From positions 821,589-885,588 of the forward strand of contig AP024675.1 in the NCBI GenBank assembly GCA_025998875.1: a stretch of DNA of 64,000 nt, given 5' to 3'. This DNA comes from Bacteroidota bacterium. GTDB lineage: Bacteria > Bacteroidota > Rhodothermia > JANXDC01. Of this stretch, positions 19,185-28,604 are shown one piece after another. Every line of letters starts with the position of its first letter. The stretch's first letter is position 1. A model generated the notes under the pieces. That model was not told where the DNA came from. It made no database searches and worked only from the letters and a program-made list of their open reading frames with translations. The position numbers and the translations under genes were made by a program.

Positions 19185-20462
19185 TCAGGTGCCCGCTGAA
19201 TAATCGGTGCTGTAGGCCACCTGTTCCGGGGTGAGCGTATCGATCCGGATGCCCATGGTCTCCAGTTTGAGCCGGGCGATCTCCTGGTCCTGTTCCTCCG
19301 GGATCGTGTAGACCCGGTTTTCAAGCCGCTTGCCCTGACGGTGCAGCTCCACCAGATGCAAATGGGCCAGAAACTGGTTGGCGAAGCTCATATCCATCAC
19401 CTCCGAAGGATGCCCTTCGGCGGCAGCCAGATTGATCAGCCTCCCCTTGGCCAGGAGATATAGCCGGCGGCCGTCTCGGAGGAGGTATTCTTCAGTATGA
19501 GGTCGGATCTGGCGCTTCGAGACGGCCATCGCCTCCAGATCGGGCAGGTTGACTTCACAATCGTAGTGCCCCGTATTGCAGATAATGGCCCCATCTTTCA
19601 TGCGTTCGAAATGGCGGCCCACGATTACATCCTTCATTCCGGTGGCCGTGATAAAGACATCGCCTATTGAGGCGGCCTCATCCATGGGCATGACCTGAAA
19701 CCCATCCAGTACCGCCTTCAGGGCGGCTGTGGGCCGGACCTCGGTCACGATTACCTGCGCACCCATACCACGAGCCCTCATGGCCACACCCCGACCGCAA
19801 TGCCCGTATCCGGCCACAACGAAGCGCTTACCGGCCAGGAGAATACCCGTAGCGCGCAGGATGCCGTCTATGGAGCTCTGTCCGGTTCCGTATACGTTAT
19901 CAAAGTCCCACTTCGTCTCCGCATCATTGACGGCAATAATCGGATAGCGCAGCTTGCCATCCTCGGCCATGGCCCGCAGCCGCTTGACCCCGGTGGTCGT
20001 CTCCTCCGTACCCCCGATGATGGAATCGGCCAGTTCGGGATACCGGCTATGCACCGTGAAGATGAGATCCGCCCCGTCGTCAAGCGTCAGATGGGGTGCT
20101 ATGTGCAGGGTCTGTTCGATGCACCAGTAGAACTCCTCGACCGTCTGTCCGTGCCAGGCGAAGATCTTCACCCCCTCGACGGCCAGTGCGGCGGCCACCG
20201 CATCATTGGTCGAAAGCGGGTTGCATCCCGACCAGGCCACCTCGGCGCCGGCCGCACGCAGGGTTTCGATAAGCACGGCGGTCTCTTTGGTCACATGCAA
20301 ACAACCCGCGATCCGATAGCCTCTTAGGGGCTGGGACTCTCGATAGCGTTCCCGCAGGGCCATGAGCACGGGCATACGGCTTTCGGCCCAGGCGATCTCT
20401 TTGCGGCCTTGCTCGGCTAAAGCGAGGTTTCGGACCTTGTACTGTCCGGGTTGGTAGTCCAT
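19185..20462 (-). CDS. ahcY: Adenosylhomocysteinase (SAH hydrolase)
   Basis: GCLHVTKETA, CNPLST, LDDGADL, EETTTG, FDNVYGTGQS, GHPSEVMDMSF; GGAGG RBS before MDYQPG. Confidence 0.96.
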   Translation of the reverse strand: MDYQPGQYKVRNLALAEQGRKEIAWAESRMPVLMALRERYRESQPLRGYRIAGCLHVTKETAVLIETLRAAGAEVAWSGCNPLSTNDAVAAALAVEGVKIFAWHGQTVEEFYWCIEQTLHIAPHLTLDDGADLIFTVHSRYPELADSIIGGTEETTTGVKRLRAMAEDGKLRYPIIAVNDAETKWDFDNVYGTGQSSIDGILRATGILLAGKRFVVAGYGHCGRGVAMRARGMGAQVIVTEVRPTAALKAVLDGFQVMPMDEAASIGDVFITATGMKDVIVGRHFERMKDGAIICNTGHYDCEVNLPDLEAMAVSKRQIRPHTEEYLLRDGRRLYLLAKGRLINLAAAEGHPSEVMDMSFANQFLAHLHLVELHRQGKRLENRVYTIPEEQDQEIARLKLETMGIRIDTLTPEQVAYSTDYSAGT

Positions 20463-20589
20463 AGACGCCTCCCATGTTACATGCTGGGCTCGAAGATACG
20501 GGCTGGCGAAACGAGAATAAAGGCCGAAACCCGCTACAGGCGGCAAACGTTTATCTTTGCGATCCCCCCAAGCTCAAGGAGGTGCTCCC

Positions 20590-21312
20590 ATGCCGAGTCG
20601 CCGTCGTTTTCTGCAGACCGCCGCCCTGGGTGCAGCCGCAGGTGCGCTGAGTCCGTCGGTGCTTTCGGCCCTGGACCGCTCCGAGGTGCCCAATCCCGAG
20701 CCCCAGTGGATAGCCAAAGATTATCGTCGCCTCAAACCCGCCGTCTTTCAGTGGCCTTCGGAGCGGGCCGTGGAAGAACACATGAGGCTTTACCGGGGAT
20801 ACGTCAACAAAGCCAACGAGCTGTGGCAGAAGATCGCCGAACTGGATCGCGATCCGGCCAAAGCCAACGCGACCTATAGCGACATCCGCGTTATGAAGGT
20901 AGAGCTCACCTTCGCCATCGGAGGGGTGAAAAACCACGAGGTCTACTTTGACATCCTCGGGGGCAACGGCGGCACGCCCACGGGTCGGCTCGCCGAGGCG
21001 ATTCAGAAAAACTTCGGCTCTTTCGAGGCCTGGGCCGCCGATCTGAAAGCCACGGGAATCGCCGCGCGCGGATGGGTCTGGCTGGCCTACGACTTCGAGA
21101 AGAAAACGCTCTTCAACTACATCGGCGACTCGCAGAACCTGTTCCCAATCTGGAACGCGAGTCCCATTCTGGCACTCGATATGTTCGAGCACGCCTTCTT
21201 CATGGACTACGGCGCCAACCGGGCCGCCTATATCGACGACTTTCTCAAACACATCGACTGGGCCGCAGTAAGCGCAAATTTCGAGCGCGTACTGCGGATG
21301 GCCAGCCTCTAA
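20590..21312 (+). CDS. Fe/Mn superoxide dismutase with Tat signal peptide
   Basis: SRRRFL Tat motif; metal-ligand motifs H..LY.GYV, NHEVYF, DMFEHAF; AAGGAGG RBS. Confidence 0.9.
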   Translation: MPSRRRFLQTAALGAAAGALSPSVLSALDRSEVPNPEPQWIAKDYRRLKPAVFQWPSERAVEEHMRLYRGYVNKANELWQKIAELDRDPAKANATYSDIRVMKVELTFAIGGVKNHEVYFDILGGNGGTPTGRLAEAIQKNFGSFEAWAADLKATGIAARGWVWLAYDFEKKTLFNYIGDSQNLFPIWNASPILALDMFEHAFFMDYGANRAAYIDDFLKHIDWAAVSANFERVLRMASL

Positions 21313-21406
21313 ATGAGCCAAAGCGCCCGCTCCCCGGGTACCACAGATCGGCGCGGTACGGTTTTGGCTCTCCTCCTGCACCCAGAGGGACGAAGGGGCT
21401 GAAGAT

Positions 21407-22141
21407 ATGGCCGAGATCCATACGCAACCCAAAACTGCCCGATCTGTGGTGCCCCAAACCCTGCGGTTGTCGGTGGTTATCCCGGTCTACAACGAAAACG
21501 CCACCATCGAAGAAGTGCTCCGACGCGTCCTGGCCGTGCCAGTTGAAAAAGAGGTCATCATCGTCGATGACGGATCTACCGACGGCACACGGGCGATTCT
21601 GGAGCGCATGGCCCAGGAGCAGCCCATCCGACTTATCCTGCAACCGGAAAATCGGGGCAAGGGAGCGGCCATTCGAACGGGATTCGGGTTTGTCACCGGA
21701 GACGTGGTCATCATTCAGGATGCGGATCTGGAATACGATCCGGCTGAATATCCCAAGCTCCTGCAACCGATCCTTGAGGACCGAGCGGATGTGGTATACG
21801 GCTCCCGCTTCTATTACGGTCGGCCCGCCGGAGAGCCGTGGTGGCACTATCTGGGCAATCGCCTGCTGACCTGGATCTCCAATCGCCTAACGGGCCTGCG
21901 GCTGACGGACATGGAGACCTGCTACAAGGTCCTGCGGGTCGAGGTCCTGCGCACGCTTTCGATCGAATCGGATCGCTTCAATGTGGAGCCCGAGATCACG
22001 GCCAAGATCGCCCGCGGGGGATGGCGCATCGTGGAGGTTCCGATTCGCTACCGACCCCGATTCTACAGTTCGGGCAAAAAGATCGGGCTCCGCGACGCCT
22101 TTGAGGCCCTCTGGACGATGTTCAAGTACCGCTGGCTGTAA
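21407..22141 (+). CDS. Glycosyltransferase family 2 (DPM1/polyprenol-phosphate glycosyltransferase-like)
   Basis: LSVVIPVYNE, IVDDGSTDGT, NRGKGAA, QDADLEY, TDMETCYK. Confidence 0.92.
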   Translation: MAEIHTQPKTARSVVPQTLRLSVVIPVYNENATIEEVLRRVLAVPVEKEVIIVDDGSTDGTRAILERMAQEQPIRLILQPENRGKGAAIRTGFGFVTGDVVIIQDADLEYDPAEYPKLLQPILEDRADVVYGSRFYYGRPAGEPWWHYLGNRLLTWISNRLTGLRLTDMETCYKVLRVEVLRTLSIESDRFNVEPEITAKIARGGWRIVEVPIRYRPRFYSSGKKIGLRDAFEALWTMFKYRWL

Positions 22142-22147
22142 GTCGAA

Positions 22148-23566
22148 TCACCACCGGAGGCGATAGCCCACGTGTAGAAGCCCGCGTCCGGGGCGCTGGT
22201 CTGCGGGCGCGCCGTAGAGTATTTCCACCACGCCTGCCGCCGTCGGGTAGAGCATGCCCACGCCCCATGAAAGCAGGGCACGCGCCGGATCAGAAGAACC
22301 TTCTCGCATCAGGGTTCCCTGCACCAATCCCAGCACGTAGGCCTCCAACCCCATGCGCCGCTGCAGTTCCAGACGGGCCCACAGATACCGTTCAGCCCGA
22401 AAGGCTTCCTCTGGATATCCGGGCAGATCACGCCCTCCCAGAACGAGGCGCTCGGCCGGATGCAGTTCCGATCCCCAGACGCCGGCCGCAGAAACGGGAA
22501 GCCATAGGAACCAGGAGCCGGAGCGCAGCAGGGCAAACTGCGCATAGACTTCCAACTGCCTGCGCAACTGACCGAGTGCGTATCCGGGTTGCCGCCACCG
22601 GCCCACCAGCGCCCGAAGGCGCATATCCATACGCCCTTCCCCCCGCCAGGCCACCCATCCCCCTGCCCAGATCCCGCTTCGGCCCTGGACCCCCGAAGGG
22701 ATGCGCTCCAACAGATTGGCCCACCGAAAGCGGAAACCCGCCTCCGCCGAACCCTGTGCGTATCCCACCCCCCCATCGAGTACAAGCTGCCTCCAGGCGC
22801 TGTCCTGCTGAACCAGGTGCCCCTCCAGATGCAGGGCAAAGCCTGACCCGAACAGACGGGCTCTTTCATAACGGGCTTCAGATCGAAACCGCAATCCGGG
22901 CAAACGCTCAAGCCTCAGCTGCAGGCGCTGGGTTTGCTGTCCGGAAGGATCCAGCTCCAGCCGTAATTTCCCAAACCACCCGTGCACCGACCCCCAGCCC
23001 AAAAACCCTTCGGCGCTTCCGCGCGAGGGTGAGCGGGGCCGAATGCGGATCTGCAGGCCGTCGGGGGTGGAAATCAGGCGCACCCGGGGCTGGCCATCGT
23101 AGCCCCTGGCGCGCAGGAGCTCCAGAAGCCTTAGCCGCCAGGATCGCGTAAAAACCTGCCCGATCAGGGAATCGACCGCTCGCTGCAGCGCGGCACCCTG
23201 TTCGGAGGATACCCCTTCCCAGTGGATGCTCGAAACCCGCAGCGGCGGGCCCGGATCGACGAAAACCCGAATCCACAACGTCGAATCCGCCCGAACTATC
23301 CCCTCGGCGGTAAGCCGGGCCCGATATCCCATTTCCCCGTAGCGATGGAGCAGCCCTCGTAAGGCGGCCCGCCAGGGGCGCTCCTCATAGGGAAGGCCTA
23401 TTAGGGACCGAAAGGGCTCCAGACGCACCGACTCCGGTAGCGCCGCTATCTCCTCCCGCACCTCCACCCCCAGCACCCGGTAGCCGGACTGCGCCTGGAT
23501 CGCCGATGCATGGCCCCAGAGCAGAAGCTGGACCAGGAGCCAGCGGCCGATTATTTTTGAACGCAT
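22148..23566 (-). CDS. Divergent BamA/TamA-like outer-membrane protein (POTRA-like region plus barrel)
   Basis: Signal peptide from MRSKIIGRWLL, POTRA-like segments (RYGEMGY..., LRARGY), LGGRDLPGYPEE loop-6-like motif, terminal strand LLHVGYRLRW. Confidence 0.65.
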   Translation of the reverse strand: MRSKIIGRWLLVQLLLWGHASAIQAQSGYRVLGVEVREEIAALPESVRLEPFRSLIGLPYEERPWRAALRGLLHRYGEMGYRARLTAEGIVRADSTLWIRVFVDPGPPLRVSSIHWEGVSSEQGAALQRAVDSLIGQVFTRSWRLRLLELLRARGYDGQPRVRLISTPDGLQIRIRPRSPSRGSAEGFLGWGSVHGWFGKLRLELDPSGQQTQRLQLRLERLPGLRFRSEARYERARLFGSGFALHLEGHLVQQDSAWRQLVLDGGVGYAQGSAEAGFRFRWANLLERIPSGVQGRSGIWAGGWVAWRGEGRMDMRLRALVGRWRQPGYALGQLRRQLEVYAQFALLRSGSWFLWLPVSAAGVWGSELHPAERLVLGGRDLPGYPEEAFRAERYLWARLELQRRMGLEAYVLGLVQGTLMREGSSDPARALLSWGVGMLYPTAAGVVEILYGAPADQRPGRGLLHVGYRLRW

Positions 23567-24674
23567 GAGCCCGATTCCGGACACCCTTCGCCGCGCCGTT
23601 ACCGAAGACCTGCTGGCCTGGTTTGCCCGCCACCGACGCCCGCTACCCTGGAGGAGCGACAGGGATCCGTATCGCATCTGGATCAGCGAAACGCTTCTGC
23701 AGCAGACCCGCACCCAGCAGGCATGGCCGTATTTCGAACGTTTTCTGTCGCGATTCCCCACGCTGGAATCCCTGGCCCGGGCCGAGCTGGATGACGTGCT
23801 TAAAGCTTGGGAGGGCCTGGGCTACTACGCAAGGGCACGCCATCTGCACCGGGCGGCCCGGGAAATCCTTCTGCGCCATGGAGGGCGCATTCCGGACCGG
23901 TGGGAAGCGCTGCGTGCCCTGCCGGGCGTGGGCGACTACACCGCCGCGGCCGTGCTCAGCATTGCCTACGGGCAGGACTATGCGGCCGTGGATGGAAACG
24001 TAATGCGCGTGCTCAGCCGGGTTCTGGCCCTGCCCGATCCCATAGACCGGGCGAGCACCCGTCGCACCCTGCGGGCGCTGGCTCAGGAGCTGCTTCCCCG
24101 GGGACAGGCCGGGGAGTGGAACCAGGCCCTCATGGAGCTGGGGGCGCTCGTATGCCGACCCCGAAAGCCGCACTGCGCCTCCTGCCCCCTGCAGGCCGTC
24201 TGCCGCGCCCGGGCGACGGGGCGATCCGAAGCCTACCCGATTAAAGGCGCACGGCGTCCGGTGCCCCACTATACCGTCGTGGTCGGGCTTATCGAAGACG
24301 CTCAGGGACGTTGGCTGCTGGCCCGACGACCGGAAGGGAAAATGCTCGGCGGGCTGTGGGAACTGCCCGGCGGCAAAGTGCGATCCGGGGAAGAGTTAGC
24401 TGAGGCCCTCCGGCGGGAATTGCGCGAAGAGCTGGGCATCGAGGTCCGATTGGGTCCCCCCGTCGGGGTTGTAGAGCATACGTACAGCCATTTTCGGATC
24501 ACGCTGCACGGATTTCGATGCCATATCCAGCAGGGTACACCCGAGGGACGAGAAGGCCAGGATATCCGATGGGTAGCCCCCGAAGAGATTGGCCACTATG
24601 CCCTGGCGCGCGCCACACAAAAACTGCTCGCCCAACTTGCCCAGGCCCCACAGGGGGAACTCTTCTCCGGATGA
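23565..24674 (+). CDS. mutY: A/G-specific adenine glycosylase MutY with C-terminal Nudix domain
   Basis: WISETLLQQT, WEGLGYYARAR, LPGVGDYTA, VDGNVMRV, 4Fe-4S motif C-x6-C-x2-C-x5-C, C-terminal Nudix box. Confidence 0.95.
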   Translation: MSPIPDTLRRAVTEDLLAWFARHRRPLPWRSDRDPYRIWISETLLQQTRTQQAWPYFERFLSRFPTLESLARAELDDVLKAWEGLGYYARARHLHRAAREILLRHGGRIPDRWEALRALPGVGDYTAAAVLSIAYGQDYAAVDGNVMRVLSRVLALPDPIDRASTRRTLRALAQELLPRGQAGEWNQALMELGALVCRPRKPHCASCPLQAVCRARATGRSEAYPIKGARRPVPHYTVVVGLIEDAQGRWLLARRPEGKMLGGLWELPGGKVRSGEELAEALRRELREELGIEVRLGPPVGVVEHTYSHFRITLHGFRCHIQQGTPEGREGQDIRWVAPEEIGHYALARATQKLLAQLAQAPQGELFSG

Positions 24675-25363
24675 ACCGTTTCCAGAGCCCAAAACCCAGA
24701 ACCCGGGAAAACGCCATGCCGCTTCTTCGACTCGTTCGCCCCGTTGTGCTGGCCTCCCAGTCTCCACGTCGGCGTCGGCTTCTGGAACAGGCGGGGCTTA
24801 CCTTCGAGGTGATCCCGAGCCAGATAGAGGAAATCGTCCCCGATGGCCTTCCCCCTGCGCAGCTGGTCGAGAACCTAGCAGAAGCCAAGGCCACAGCCGT
24901 TTCCTCCATCCGACCGGAGGCGTTCGTGATCGCCGCCGATACCACGGTGGTGCTCGACGGAGAGATCTTCAACAAACCGGCTTCTCCAGAAGAGGCGCGC
25001 CTCATGCTCCGCAGGCTTTCGGGCCGAACCCATACCGTCTATACAGGCTTCTGCCTGCTCGATGGTCCCACAAACCGACGCGTGATCGGACACGAAACCA
25101 CACGGGTAACTTTTGCGCCTTTGAGCGAACAGGAAATCGCCGCCTATCTCGCCACGGGATCACCCCTGGACAAGGCGGGCGCATACGGGATCCAGGATGA
25201 TCTCGGGGCGCTTTTTATCTGCCGCATCGAGGGGGATTACTACAACGTGGTCGGCTTTCCGCTCAGTCGCTTCTATCGGGAACTCAAGGAGCACTTCCCG
25301 GATCTGATCATATGGTCTGTTGCCCTCAATCCCACAGCGTACGGCGCCGAAGCCAGCCCGTAA
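24671..25363 (+). CDS. maf: Maf family nucleotide pyrophosphatase
   Basis: LASQSPRR, AADTTV, KP, DKAGAYGIQ, GDYYNVVGFP. ATGA overlap with mutY; alternative start at 24716. Confidence 0.92.
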   Translation: MNRFQSPKPRTRENAMPLLRLVRPVVLASQSPRRRRLLEQAGLTFEVIPSQIEEIVPDGLPPAQLVENLAEAKATAVSSIRPEAFVIAADTTVVLDGEIFNKPASPEEARLMLRRLSGRTHTVYTGFCLLDGPTNRRVIGHETTRVTFAPLSEQEIAAYLATGSPLDKAGAYGIQDDLGALFICRIEGDYYNVVGFPLSRFYRELKEHFPDLIIWSVALNPTAYGAEASP

Positions 25364-25961
25364 GGCTGTAGCGGACGCGACGGGCGACCTCCACCTCATG
25401 CCAGATCCGATCGCTCAGAAAACAGACGAACGTGCCCGCCTCGGGCAAAACCGCCTCGTATACATCCTCCCTGTTCGGGTCGGGCCACAGCAAAAGCCTG
25501 CCGCCGTCCTCTTGCTTCCAATCGGGGTTCAGGTAGAGCAGACAGGTCACCACCCGGTGCGGGGCATCCCGAAACTGGTCCAGATGACGCCGGTAGCCCG
25601 TTCCGGGAGGATAGATGGCCAGGTGCATTTCAACGCCGTGCAACCCCAGATAGAGCGTGCGGTTGAGTGCCCGTAGCAGCGCCTCTATGAAGGCCCAGTA
25701 GCGCGCCTGCGCCGGGGAAAGCGCCTCCGGATCCAGCCAGCGGATCCAGTCCCCCCGGATTTCTGGCCGCCGTTGTCGAGATCCGTGATGTCCGATATGG
25801 GCGGGCGCAAAAACACCCGCATTCCAACCCGCTTCGGCTTCGGCCAGAAGCCCCTGAACCTCCTCCTGTGGCCAGAAATTCGGCCATATACCGTATCCCC
25901 GCTCGGCCAGCGCGAGCGCGATCTGCTCCAGGGCGGATGGATCTATGCGCCCAAGCCGCAT
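25326..25961 (-). CDS. 2OG-Fe(II) oxygenase, prolyl-4-hydroxylase (PHD/SM-20)-like
   Basis: RGDWIRW, Y.RHLD, YLNPDW...GG.L, HEV, RYSLTGW; GGAGG RBS. Confidence 0.88.
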   Translation of the reverse strand: MRLGRIDPSALEQIALALAERGYGIWPNFWPQEEVQGLLAEAEAGWNAGVFAPAHIGHHGSRQRRPEIRGDWIRWLDPEALSPAQARYWAFIEALLRALNRTLYLGLHGVEMHLAIYPPGTGYRRHLDQFRDAPHRVVTCLLYLNPDWKQEDGGRLLLWPDPNREDVYEAVLPEAGTFVCFLSDRIWHEVEVARRVRYSLTGWLRRRTLWD

Positions 25962-26071
25962 AGCGCCCTCCATACCGGTTGAGCACACAGACGAACCCTG
26001 CAAAACAAAGTTAAGTATTCTTGCCCTACAGCCGCTCGGGGGAGCATTTTTGGAAAAAAGGGCGATCGCTC

Positions 26072-26500
26072 ATGCAACGGCCGCTCCGTATTCTGATCCT
26101 TTGCACGGGCAATTCCTGTCGCAGCCAGATGGCCGAGGGCTGGTTCCGGCATCTGGGCGGGGAAAGGATCGAGGTGCGGTCAGCCGGATTACAGGCTCAT
26201 GGGCTTAACCCATGGGCCGTACGCACGATGGCCGAGGCCGGAGTGGATATCTCCCATCAGCGCTCCAAGGAGCTCGATCCCGAAATGCTCCGGTGGGCCG
26301 ATTACGTGATCACGGTTTGCGGGCATGCCGATGAGCACTGTCCGGTTCTTCCTCCGGGGGTACGCAAACTGCACTGGCCCTTTGAAGATCCAGCTCGGGC
26401 TACGGGAACCGAAGAGGAAGTACTGGCGGTATTCCGGCGGGTACGAGAAGGCATTCGAGCTCGAGTAGCAGAATTTCTGCGCGCCGTATCGGCCCCATGA
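26072..26500 (+). CDS. arsC: Arsenate reductase ArsC (thioredoxin-coupled, LMW-PTP fold)
   Basis: [15 protein letters not shown]-loop, resolving Cys pair [18 protein letters not shown]. Confidence 0.88.
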   Translation: MQRPLRILILCTGNSCRSQMAEGWFRHLGGERIEVRSAGLQAHGLNPWAVRTMAEAGVDISHQRSKELDPEMLRWADYVITVCGHADEHCPVLPPGVRKLHWPFEDPARATGTEEEVLAVFRRVREGIRARVAEFLRAVSAP

Positions 26501-27447
26501 CGTATCCCCCTGTGCTGGTCCTTACCGGTCCCACGGCGGTGGGAAAAACCGCACTAAGCCTGCCGGTGGCAGAGCGCCTGGGAGGGGAGGTGATCTCCTG
26601 CGACGCCCGACAGATTTACCGGCAGCTCACCATCGGCACGGCCAAACCGGATCCGGCCGATCTGGCCCGGATACCCCATCACTTCATCGACGAACGAGAC
26701 CTGGAGGAGCCCTACAGCGCGGGGATGTATGAGCGCGAAGCCCTCAGACGCATCGCCGAGGTCTTTTCGCGGGGCCGGATCCCCATCGTCGTGGGCGGAT
26801 CCACCCTGTATCTGCACGCGCTGCTCCACGGTCTGGATCCCCTTCCGCCGGCGCAACCGGAGCTCCGCCGCTGGCTTACGGAACGGGCCCGGCGGGAGGG
26901 TTGGGCGGCCCTATACGCCGAACTGGAGCATCTCGACCCCCAAATGGCGCAGACCCTGGACCCCACGAAAACCCAGCGCCTGCTGCGCGCCCTGGAGGTC
27001 TATTACGCCACCGGAAAACCGATCTCCAGCTTCTTCGGTCAGCGGAAAACCCGTCCCTTCCGCTTTGCCCCGCTGGTGCTCATCCGGGACCGGAGACATC
27101 TGTACCGGCGCATCGATGATCGGGTGCTCTCTATGATCGAGCGCGGATTGGTCGAGGAGGTTCGCGCCCTCTGGGAACAGGGATATTCGCCGGAACTAAA
27201 CGCGCTGCGCACGACGGGCTATATGGAGCTTTTCCCCTATCTACGGGGGGAATATGATCTGGAGCGCGCCATCTATCTCATCCAACGCAACACGCGGCAC
27301 TACGCCAAACGGCAGCACACCTGGTTTCGTCGCGATCCGGCTCTGCGTACCTGGATTGATCTGGACCAGCTGGAGGGCTCGGGCCAAGACCCGGCCGACT
27401 GGGTCTGCCGCTGGTGGGAACAAGCGCTAGCCCACGCCGAATTATGA
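26497..27447 (+). CDS. miaA: tRNA dimethylallyltransferase
   Basis: [15 protein letters not shown]...[33 protein letters not shown]. Confidence 0.96.
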   Translation: MTYPPVLVLTGPTAVGKTALSLPVAERLGGEVISCDARQIYRQLTIGTAKPDPADLARIPHHFIDERDLEEPYSAGMYEREALRRIAEVFSRGRIPIVVGGSTLYLHALLHGLDPLPPAQPELRRWLTERARREGWAALYAELEHLDPQMAQTLDPTKTQRLLRALEVYYATGKPISSFFGQRKTRPFRFAPLVLIRDRRHLYRRIDDRVLSMIERGLVEEVRALWEQGYSPELNALRTTGYMELFPYLRGEYDLERAIYLIQRNTRHYAKRQHTWFRRDPALRTWIDLDQLEGSGQDPADWVCRWWEQALAHAEL

Positions 27448-28604
27448 CCACCGCTTCTGCGCGTCCTCCGCTGCGCTTTGATCGGCGGGAATGGGCCGGT
27501 GCCTTCGGGGATATCGGAACGGATCTGCCCCTGCTGGTGGGCATGATCCTGGCATCGAACCTGAAGAGCGCCTGGGTGCTGATGGGCTTTGGGGCGCTGC
27601 AGATCCTGACCGGTCTGCTCTATCGACTCCCCATGCCCGTGCAGCCCCTTAAGGCCATGGCCGCATTGGTGATCGCGCAGAAGCTGCCCGCCTCCGTACT
27701 CTGGGGGGGTGGGCTGGCGATCGGCCTGCTCATGATATTGCTCGTGGCCACGGGGGCTCTGGAATACATCGGGAAACATGTCCCCCGAACGGTCATCCGG
27801 GGCATTCAGTTTGGCCTGGGCTTACAGCTTTCCCTGCTGGCCCTTCGAGAGTATATACCCTCCTTGGGCGGGTGGGGATATGGGATCGCCCTGCTCGGAT
27901 TCGGCCTGTGGCTCTTCTGGGGAGTGCGATCCCGCCTGCCCGCCGGCCTGTTGCTGGTGGGTCTGGGCCTGCTTGGTGCATGGGCGTTCCGGTTGCCCTG
28001 GGACTGGCCCGTTCGGTTTTTCGGACTCCCCTCGTGGGAGGCGCCCCGGATTACCTGGACGGACATCGGAACCGGCTTTCTCCTGCTGGCCCTACCGCAG
28101 CTACCCCTTTCCCTGGCCAACTCGCTTCTGGCCACGCGCCAGCTGGTGGAGGACTATTTCCCGGATCGCCGGCTTTCCCTGAGCCGACTGGGGTGGACCT
28201 ACGGGCTCATGAACCTCTTCTCCCCCTGGATCGGGGGCGTGCCCGTATGCCACGGCTCCGGGGGCATGGCCGGACATGTGGCCCTCGGTGCCCGCACCGG
28301 GGGCTCGGTCGTGATTTACGGATCCGTCCTTCTGCTGGGGGGACTGTTCTGGGGAGCAGGATTCGACCGGGTGGTAGCGGCCTTCCCCTTGCCCGTGCTG
28401 GGGGTGCTTTTGCTCATAGAAGGGTGGGCGCTTATGCGTCTGGTGGCCGACCGGGCAGAAAAACCCGGGGAATTCGCGCTGGCCCTGCTGGTCGGGCTCT
28501 GCTCGGCGGCCCTGCCTTACGGGTATCTCGTCGGGCTCCTGCTGGGCACCCTTCTCCACCATCTGGCCGGGGAGCGGCTTGAGCTACTTCGCGGGGGCGC
28601 ATAG
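27444..28604 (+). CDS. Putative molybdate/sulfate transporter (MOT1-like)
   Basis: GAFGDIGTDLP, PMPVQPLKAMA, PQLPLSLANS, PVCHGSGGMAGH...GARTGGS. Confidence 0.85.
   Translation: MTTASARPPLRFDRREWAGAFGDIGTDLPLLVGMILASNLKSAWVLMGFGALQILTGLLYRLPMPVQPLKAMAALVIAQKLPASVLWGGGLAIGLLMILLVATGALEYIGKHVPRTVIRGIQFGLGLQLSLLALREYIPSLGGWGYGIALLGFGLWLFWGVRSRLPAGLLLVGLGLLGAWAFRLPWDWPVRFFGLPSWEAPRITWTDIGTGFLLLALPQLPLSLANSLLATRQLVEDYFPDRRLSLSRLGWTYGLMNLFSPWIGGVPVCHGSGGMAGHVALGARTGGSVVIYGSVLLLGGLFWGAGFDRVVAAFPLPVLGVLLLIEGWALMRLVADRAEKPGEFALALLVGLCSAALPYGYLVGLLLGTLLHHLAGERLELLRGGA

Noticed and set aside
20463..20589. SAH or SAM riboswitch upstream of ahcY
   Set aside because: The gap is short and occupied by two divergent promoter-like motifs; no recognisable aptamer consensus.
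21313..21372. GAGCCAAA...TTTGGCTC inverted repeat after the SOD gene
   Set aside because: Single occurrence with a long irregular loop; no second copy seen to support a REP or MITE call. At most a weak terminator.
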